Part shown: piece by piece, positions 58,386 to 64,000 of the stretch | Numbering within the stretch: the first letter of the stretch is position 1 | How the letters are laid out: each line of letters opens with the position of its first letter | Assembly (NCBI GenBank): GCA_041748075.1 | Contig: JBGTDX010000143.1 | Span: 49,701-113,700 of the forward strand | Reading direction: 5' to 3' | Source of the DNA: Thermoanaerobaculia bacterium | Lineage (GTDB): Bacteria; Acidobacteriota; Thermoanaerobaculia; Gp7-AA8 | DNA length: 64,000 nt | Program-made: the position numbers and the translations under genes | The notes under the pieces: generated by a model | The model's input: only the letters and a program-made list of their open reading frames with translations | Databases searched by the model: none | What the model was told of the DNA's origin: nothing

Positions 58386-58494
58386 TGGAAGAAAGAATGC
58401 CATCCCTGTAGCTGGCCACGGATGACCACGGTGTCATCCTGAGCCAGAAAAAGGCGCGATTTCTCGCGCCCTTTCAGATTGCATTTCACAAAGC

Positions 58495-59064
58495 TCAGTT
58501 GTCGCTGATCCAGTTTACGATCTCGTCCGCCACTTCTTCCGATGCATATTCGAGCTGATTGCCCTGGCGTCCCGAATGACGGACCTTGGCAACGATCGCT
58601 CCCTTCGAATCGCGCAGGATCATCTCGATGCCGACACCGGCCTGCGCGAGATGAACGCCGGCGTATGGAATCCATCGCTTGCCTGAGCTCGGCCGCTCGG
58701 CCCAATAAACCGCCGTCTCAGCGGTCAGGGTCCCTTTGCGCCCGTCGTTGCCTTTTCTTCGGAGAGCTGCGTCGAATGTCTCTTCGGCCGACTCGAGCAT
58801 CGCCCTGTTGGTGATGGACGACTTGTTGCCGACCTTACCCATCTTGATCGTATAGTCGTTCAAGTTGACACCGGGTGCAATGAACGCCCACTCCACACCA
58901 TCACCCTCGACCATGTCGCTGTAGTCTTCGATGATGCCTTTGTCGTAGTCCCCTGATTTGTAATCGCTTGTATCGACAAACCGATCGCGAGCTTCTGCCG
59001 GAGCGGCAGCGATCAGAAACACGAGTACCGAACAGCCGAGTGCTGACATGAGTTTGCGCAACAT
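58495..59064 (-). CDS. Exported hypothetical protein
   Basis: Signal peptide ending AEA, GGAGG RBS, normal codon usage. Confidence 0.7.
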   Translation of the reverse strand: MLRKLMSALGCSVLVFLIAAAPAEARDRFVDTSDYKSGDYDKGIIEDYSDMVEGDGVEWAFIAPGVNLNDYTIKMGKVGNKSSITNRAMLESAEETFDAALRRKGNDGRKGTLTAETAVYWAERPSSGKRWIPYAGVHLAQAGVGIEMILRDSKGAIVAKVRHSGRQGNQLEYASEEVADEIVNWISDN

Positions 59065-59156
59065 GAGCTTTGAACCTCCGGAAATTGGTTAGAACGGATA
59101 ATTTAGGCCAAAATCATCCAGTTTTCAACTGGACGAAGCGTTATTTGGGAGGTTGC

Positions 59157-59711
59157 ATGAAGATCTACACGAGGGGTGGTGACGAGGGTCACACATCGTT
59201 CTTCGGTGGAGAACGGGTCGCGAAAAATCATCCGACGATCGAGGCTTACGGAACGGTCGACGAACTGAGCTCCGTTCTCGGTCTGGCCCGCGCTGCGGCT
59301 GGCGGATCCCGACTCGATGCCCACCTCGCTTCGATTCAGAGCGACCTGTTCGAAATCGGGGCAGTCCTCGCTTCGCCGAACAGCGCCGGCCGATTCAGCG
59401 GGCCATCGCCGGAGCGGGTCACCGCCCTGGAGGAGGCCATCGACACCATGGAGGCCGGGCTGACACCGCTCCGGGCCTTCATCCTTCCGGGGGGCTCGTC
59501 TCAGTCGGCCAGTCTCCACCACGCGCGCACCGTCTGCCGGAGAGCGGAACGGAGAATTCTCGACATCGGAGACGACTCCGATGAAACCCGGGCAACGATC
59601 GTCTACCTCAATCGACTATCGGACTTTCTGTTCGTCGCCGCCCGCTTCGCGAATCTCGAAGCGGGCGTGGACGACGTTCCCTGGAAACAGGACAAAAACT
59701 CTCTGCCCTGA
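59157..59711 (+). CDS. pduO: Cob(I)alamin adenosyltransferase, PduO type
   Basis: MKIYTRGGDEG.T, AYGTVDEL, FILPGG, RTVCRRAER and YLNRLSD. Confidence 0.93.
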   Translation: MKIYTRGGDEGHTSFFGGERVAKNHPTIEAYGTVDELSSVLGLARAAAGGSRLDAHLASIQSDLFEIGAVLASPNSAGRFSGPSPERVTALEEAIDTMEAGLTPLRAFILPGGSSQSASLHHARTVCRRAERRILDIGDDSDETRATIVYLNRLSDFLFVAARFANLEAGVDDVPWKQDKNSLP

Positions 59712-59728
59712 TTGACGAGGAATGAGAT

Positions 59729-60607
59729 CTATCTGCCCCGCTCCACCGAGTTCAACCATGCCGACCACCAGAGATCCCTGAGCATCGAAGCACCCGCGGC
59801 CATCCGGGCTGCAGCGAACTCTCGCGCTTCCGCCGTACCGGCTCCCCGGAGACCCCCGTCACGATCGATCCGGTAGAGAGTCTCCACCAGGGCGTTCGAC
59901 TCCTTGATGAACTCGAGTGCCGTTGAAAAGTACTCCTTCCGATGGGTGGCTTCACGCAGCCTGGGGATGACGGGATCGAGCTCCATGACCCTCGAGACGA
60001 ACTGAGTTTCGAATCGGCTGTGCGTGTCGCAGTCGAACGCATACCCTTCCGGATTCGGCTCGACCCACCCGTTGTAATTGATGGTCGTATGGTGTGGGTT
60101 CGCCGCGTCGGCAACGTAATGCCCAAGGACGCCTGCGTACTGAATGATGTTCTGCTCGATCTGAGCGCGGTCCCTGGCCGGCAGGTCGCTCTGCCTCCAG
60201 AGCCTCCACTGCACTTCCATCAGCTCGGAAAGCTCGGCGATTCTCCATGGCGAGAATCCGGGCGAGGTGTTCTCGATGCCGCGGCGCCGCAAGGTGTTCG
60301 AGTCGGTGAGCAGTTGAATGAAATCGTAACGGCTGGGCGGCAATTCGAGATTGTCGACAAACTCATAATCGAGATAGTGCTCGGGAGGGTTCGCAGCGTT
60401 CAGCGACCGTCCGCTTCCCCGCCAGCGATCAGGATCGTAACCGAGGTAGATCAGCTCGGGGTAGTGGCGATGAAAGAAGTGCGGCATGTCGGAAGGGACT
60501 TCGAAAGTCGCGGCTTCGCTGACCATGTAGTGACCCTTCTGTCCCCATGCGAAAAGGAAGGAGGGAAAAGCGAGGAAGAGTAAGGTGATTGCAGCTGTCT
60601 GTCTCAT
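59729..60607 (-). CDS. S1/P1 nuclease / Zn-dependent phospholipase C family, exported
   Basis: Signal peptide then WGQKGH, HYLD, GHYVAD..NPHH and HSRFE. Confidence 0.82.
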   Translation of the reverse strand: MRQTAAITLLFLAFPSFLFAWGQKGHYMVSEAATFEVPSDMPHFFHRHYPELIYLGYDPDRWRGSGRSLNAANPPEHYLDYEFVDNLELPPSRYDFIQLLTDSNTLRRRGIENTSPGFSPWRIAELSELMEVQWRLWRQSDLPARDRAQIEQNIIQYAGVLGHYVADAANPHHTTINYNGWVEPNPEGYAFDCDTHSRFETQFVSRVMELDPVIPRLREATHRKEYFSTALEFIKESNALVETLYRIDRDGGLRGAGTAEAREFAAARMAAGASMLRDLWWSAWLNSVERGR

Positions 60608-60709
60608 GGGACCGCCATTGTCGCGAGCCGCCGCACCGTGGTCAACTGCTGGATCGGAATTGTCCCGGAAGGTTGCAGGTTCTCAGCTCGGAAGCCGGAC
60701 CGGACCGGT

Positions 60710-60738
60710 TTGACCCTCGGGGTCAGATCGCCTAGAAT
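60710..60738 (+). promoter_or_regulatory. Sigma70 promoter for tRNA-Pro
   Basis: TTGACC-17 nt-TAGAAT followed by a C-rich discriminator. Confidence 0.65.
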
Positions 60739-60809
60739 CCCCCTTCTTCGCGCGCCGCCCTCATAGAGCGCGCCGCCAACAAAAATGCGCGGCATCGCGC
60801 ACCGTCCAT

Positions 60810-60886
60810 CGGGGCATAGCTCAGCCTGGTAGAGCGCACGGTTCGGGACCGTGAGGTCGGAGGTTCAAGTCCTCTTGCCCCGACCA
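60810..60886 (+). tRNA. tRNA-Pro (CGG)
   Basis: Acceptor stem CGGGGCA/TGCCCCG, anticodon arm CACGG-TTCGGGA-CCGTG, T loop GTTCAAG, encoded CCA. 77 nt. Confidence 0.97.
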
Positions 60887-61009
60887 TTTCCCTTCCCTCG
60901 CAATCGAGTCGTTCCACAATGACGGTCCCGTCGTTGGCGCGCTCCGGATTGCGCACCGGAATTGCGCTTCTCCTGAGCCCGTTTCCCTGTTCCAGAAAGA
61001 GGTGCCACC

Positions 61010-62065
61010 ATGAAGTCGCTGCTTGTTGCTTCGATTCTCCTCGCCTTCACCGTTGCTCTCGCAGCGCAGGAGCCGGCCCTCGCCGAAGAGGTCGAGGTCA
61101 ATCTGGTCCTGGTGGACGCCACCGTCACCGACAGATCGGGAAACCAGATTCTCGGTCTCGACAAGGACGATTTCATCATCAAAGAAAACGGTGTGGTGCA
61201 GCAGATCGCATCCCTCGACTACTTCACGAACCGGCGGCTTCTCACGGGCCCCGAAGACAAAGCGGCATTCAAAGTCGAGAGAGTCCGTGAAGAGCGGTAT
61301 TTCGTGCTCTTCTTCCACAAGTTCCTTGCCCCGCCGTCGAGCCTCAACTTCCAGAGCCAGCTGGTTCGTGCCCGGCAGGGTGCCATCGACTTCATCGAGA
61401 ATGAACTGCTGCCTGAGGACAAAGTCGCGGTCGCAGGGTTTGACTCCCGGTTGAAGATGTTCGCGGATTTCACTTCAGACAAGAAAGTGCTCCGGAAAGC
61501 GCTGATGGATGCCTCGAGCTTCTCGAACGGCATCACGAAGACTCCCGCCTACGCCTCGGACGAGCTTTCGATCATGAACCGTATGGATTCACGGAAGATG
61601 ATTTACAGGACGGGACGTATTTACGACGCCATCGAGCTCCTGGCCGATTCACTTCCCGACGTGGCCGCTCGTACTGTCATGGTTCTGTTTACGCCGGGTA
61701 TCGGCGATGTGAGCGATACCAATCCCAATTTCCTCGACAACCAGGAAACCTGGTACGAGCCGATGCGCCGCGCACTCAACAGAAAGAACGTGAGTGTCTA
61801 CACGGTAAACCTGTTGAGAAACACCGGCCTGTACCTGCAGGAGCAGACACTTTCCAGGCTGGCCGCCGAGACCGGCGGTGAGTATTACCGAGGCTTCGTC
61901 GGCTTCGAGACTCCCTTGCGCGAGATCGAGAACGTCAACAACGGCTACTACATGATCAGCTACTACACCGACAAACCGAAGAGTGGAAGCGGCTATCAGA
62001 AGATCGACGTCACGCTCAGGAACCCCGAGTTCCGCGTGAAGGCCCGCGAGGGATACGGGTGGTGA
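61010..62065 (+). CDS. VWA domain protein (VWFA-related acidobacterial type)
   Basis: Signal peptide, VNLVLVDATVTD..G..I.GL...DF.I.ENG, LAAETGG, Y.ISY and ..AREGY. Confidence 0.85.
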   Translation: MKSLLVASILLAFTVALAAQEPALAEEVEVNLVLVDATVTDRSGNQILGLDKDDFIIKENGVVQQIASLDYFTNRRLLTGPEDKAAFKVERVREERYFVLFFHKFLAPPSSLNFQSQLVRARQGAIDFIENELLPEDKVAVAGFDSRLKMFADFTSDKKVLRKALMDASSFSNGITKTPAYASDELSIMNRMDSRKMIYRTGRIYDAIELLADSLPDVAARTVMVLFTPGIGDVSDTNPNFLDNQETWYEPMRRALNRKNVSVYTVNLLRNTGLYLQEQTLSRLAAETGGEYYRGFVGFETPLREIENVNNGYYMISYYTDKPKSGSGYQKIDVTLRNPEFRVKAREGYGW

Positions 62066-62068
62066 TTG

Positions 62069-62236
62069 CGAATGACGAGTGACGAGTGACAAATAGGGCA
62101 CCGAACGCCAGGTGAGAGCGGTACTCTATTCGTCATTCGTCATTCGTCATTCGTCATTCGTCATTCGTCACTCGTCATTCGTCATTCGTCACTCGTCATT
62201 CGTCACTCGTCACTCGTCATTCGTCATTCGTCACTC
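62069..62236. repeat. GA(A/G)TGAC / GTCA(T/C)TC heptamer-armed inverted element
   Basis: Three forward units (62070-62090), a ~40 nt spacer, then ~15 inverted units (62132-62236) containing the pxpBC stop. Confidence 0.95.
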
Positions 62237-63720
62237 CACTTCACTTCGTCTCCGGGCATGAGCTGCGCGAGCTTCCACCGCTCGCCCGACAGGACCGTCA
62301 TCGGCTGCAGGTAGCCGCCGGTGACCGGGTGATCGGGACCCATCACCACCAGGTCTCCTCCCGCGTGCCACTGCACGGTTCCGAACTGCATGCCGCAGGA
62401 GGGCAGATCAGCAGGAATGCCGGCCGTCACCTCGCCGCATGTGAGACGGATCCCGACCCGATTGAGATCACGCGTCACCGTCCATCGGCGATCCAGCAAC
62501 CGTTCGAAGAGCTCATCGGAGACCGTATGGGGGCCACGCCGGACAGCAATTCTCGTGCGATCGGTACGCAGGCTGTCTCTCAGCCTCGTGGTATTGCCGA
62601 GACCTTCACGAGCGCGCAAAGTGTCGCCCGTCTTCACGACCCACGGCTCGAGTGAAAACCGAGGATTCAGATCGATCACGCCACCGCGAACTGCAAGCAC
62701 GCCGCGCATTCCGCCGGTGATCCGGCCGATCTCCAGCACATCGCCTCCCCTGACGGCGATCTGCCGCGTGTCGCGAAGAACGGCGCCGTTCAGGATGGCT
62801 TCGACTGAAGAACCGAACCATGACAAAAGGCCTGGCCGGCTGAACTCGAGCACCGGACCGACCATCGCGCACTCGAGCACAGCCTCTTCCGGTTCGTTGC
62901 CGACGGCTCGATTTGACAACCTGGCGGCCTCCTCATCGAAAGGTCCGGATGGTGGAAGCCCGTACTCCAGACGTCCGGGATCGCGAGGTGCCGCGATCAC
63001 CGTGTTCTGTCCCGCAGCGACGAAGGTAGCCAGAAGCTCGCCTTCGATAGGAGGCTGCATTTCCTTGAGCTCCGGCGGCGCGAGAAGCTCCTCGACGGGA
63101 TCGATGCAGACGGAATCTCCCGCGGCGAGCAGGTTCGGCGGAACCCTTTCCGGATCCCAGAGCACGGCGTCGGTACGGCCAATCAGGTTCCACCCGCCCG
63201 GGGAACGCGCCGGATAGAACGCGCACATCGGCCCGGCAATGGCGAATGCACCCGCGGGAACGCTGGCGCGCGGCCGCGGGTGCCTTCCGAGAACCCAGGA
63301 GGTCGGAAGTCCCTCGAGGTAGGCGAATCCAGGGCGAAATCCGCAGTAGCGGACCGTCAGGCGCAGCTGACCCATTTCGCGGATCAGTTCGTCGCGCGAG
63401 ACTCCCGTCACCTCCATGAGCAACGGCAGATCGGGCGAGGCATCGGGATGGACGCTGACACGGAAGCGATGCTCGCGGCGCCGGGCAGAAGTCGTCGCCA
63501 GGCGGGATGCACCACTGACAGCCTCATGCAGGGCCTCCCGCGTACCGGCTGCGGGTTGCTTCCGGAACACGACGTAAATCGACGCGTGGCCGATCGTACA
63601 ACTTTCGACTTCTGAAAGAGCTCGGACCGCGCCATCCGCTGCAGCCAGCTCGACGCCGCTCACGCTCCCGCCAAACTCGGCCAGAAGCGCGTTGTCTCCT
63701 GCGGTGTAGTACTGCAGCAT
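62224..63720 (-). CDS. pxpBC: Fused 5-oxoprolinase subunits B/C (allophanate hydrolase 1+2)
   Basis: GFRPGFAYL, YP..SPGGWNLIGRT, N..VGN, NRVGIRL and DHPVTGGY. Confidence 0.85.
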   Translation of the reverse strand: MLQYYTAGDNALLAEFGGSVSGVELAAADGAVRALSEVESCTIGHASIYVVFRKQPAAGTREALHEAVSGASRLATTSARRREHRFRVSVHPDASPDLPLLMEVTGVSRDELIREMGQLRLTVRYCGFRPGFAYLEGLPTSWVLGRHPRPRASVPAGAFAIAGPMCAFYPARSPGGWNLIGRTDAVLWDPERVPPNLLAAGDSVCIDPVEELLAPPELKEMQPPIEGELLATFVAAGQNTVIAAPRDPGRLEYGLPPSGPFDEEAARLSNRAVGNEPEEAVLECAMVGPVLEFSRPGLLSWFGSSVEAILNGAVLRDTRQIAVRGGDVLEIGRITGGMRGVLAVRGGVIDLNPRFSLEPWVVKTGDTLRAREGLGNTTRLRDSLRTDRTRIAVRRGPHTVSDELFERLLDRRWTVTRDLNRVGIRLTCGEVTAGIPADLPSCGMQFGTVQWHAGGDLVVMGPDHPVTGGYLQPMTVLSGERWKLAQLMPGDEVKWSDE

Positions 63721-63804
63721 CGGCGCATGGTAGCGCGATCAGCGATTTGCGTGCGCGCGTGATCCGAAGGGCGAAGCGTCACGAAACTTGCTATGGTTGA
63801 AAAC

Positions 63805-64000
63805 ATGAACCGGCACAGCTCGTCCTCACGCACGATCGACCTCGAAGACCTCGCCCGGCAGGCGATGATCGAGCGCAACCTCATTCCCGACTTCAGCGAA
63901 GAGGTCATGCGGGAGGCTGAAGCGCTCGAGGGTCCGGCGCGCGAGAGCGACGCGTCGATCAGCGATCTCACCGAAATTCTGTGGTGCTCGATCGACAACG
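63805..64000 (+). CDS. Partial (3'-truncated) RNB-domain ribonuclease (RNase II/R family)
   Basis: LARQAMIERNLIPDFS..DLTEILWCSIDN; open to the window end. Confidence 0.7.
   Translation, partial: MNRHSSSSRTIDLEDLARQAMIERNLIPDFSEEVMREAEALEGPARESDASISDLTEILWCSIDN

Noticed and set aside
59117-59133. TCCAGTT-TTC-AACTGGA dyad or cobalamin riboswitch before pduO
   Set aside because: A single short dyad; the gap is too short for a B12 riboswitch and has no B12-box.
60810-62065. tRNA-Pro as an island integration site
   Set aside because: No integrase, no duplicated tRNA 3' end seen, and no composition shift.
62224-63720. pxpB-pxpC fusion as a novelty
   Set aside because: This fusion is already known in other bacteria; pxpA may lie outside the window.

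Overview
A GC-rich, gene-dense chromosomal window, probably from an Acidobacteriota member. That placement is inferred from a VWFA-related acidobacterial-type protein, a TonB with GGVxGG repeats, and DUF1844/DUF4388 genes. Most genes are housekeeping: aspA, split class I fumarase, clpB, wzm/wzt, ftsB, purB, rlpA, ndk, sucCD, rlmD, comEC, miaA, corA, murQ-anmK-nagA-nagB, cls, csp, argS, gpmI, pduO, tRNA-Pro(CGG) and a pxpBC fusion. It also holds a nearly complete purine-catabolism cluster. No integrase, transposase, prophage or CRISPR array was seen. The most unusual signals are: (1) many intergenic elements built as inverted arms of 7-bp (once 6-bp) tandem units, using several unrelated unit sequences, whose ends often supply the TGA stop of neighbouring genes; (2) a DUF4388 protein with a tandem MshEN c-di-GMP motif and a GspG-like outer domain, in an operon with a TPR/Zn-finger membrane protein; (3) a PuuD urate oxidase without its cytochrome c domain, next to a CitE-superfamily orphan enzyme; (4) a RomR-like polarity regulator; (5) apparent widespread leaderless transcription. 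Product calls rest on motif recognition by eye, not database searches. Many start codons were re-picked from the ORF track.
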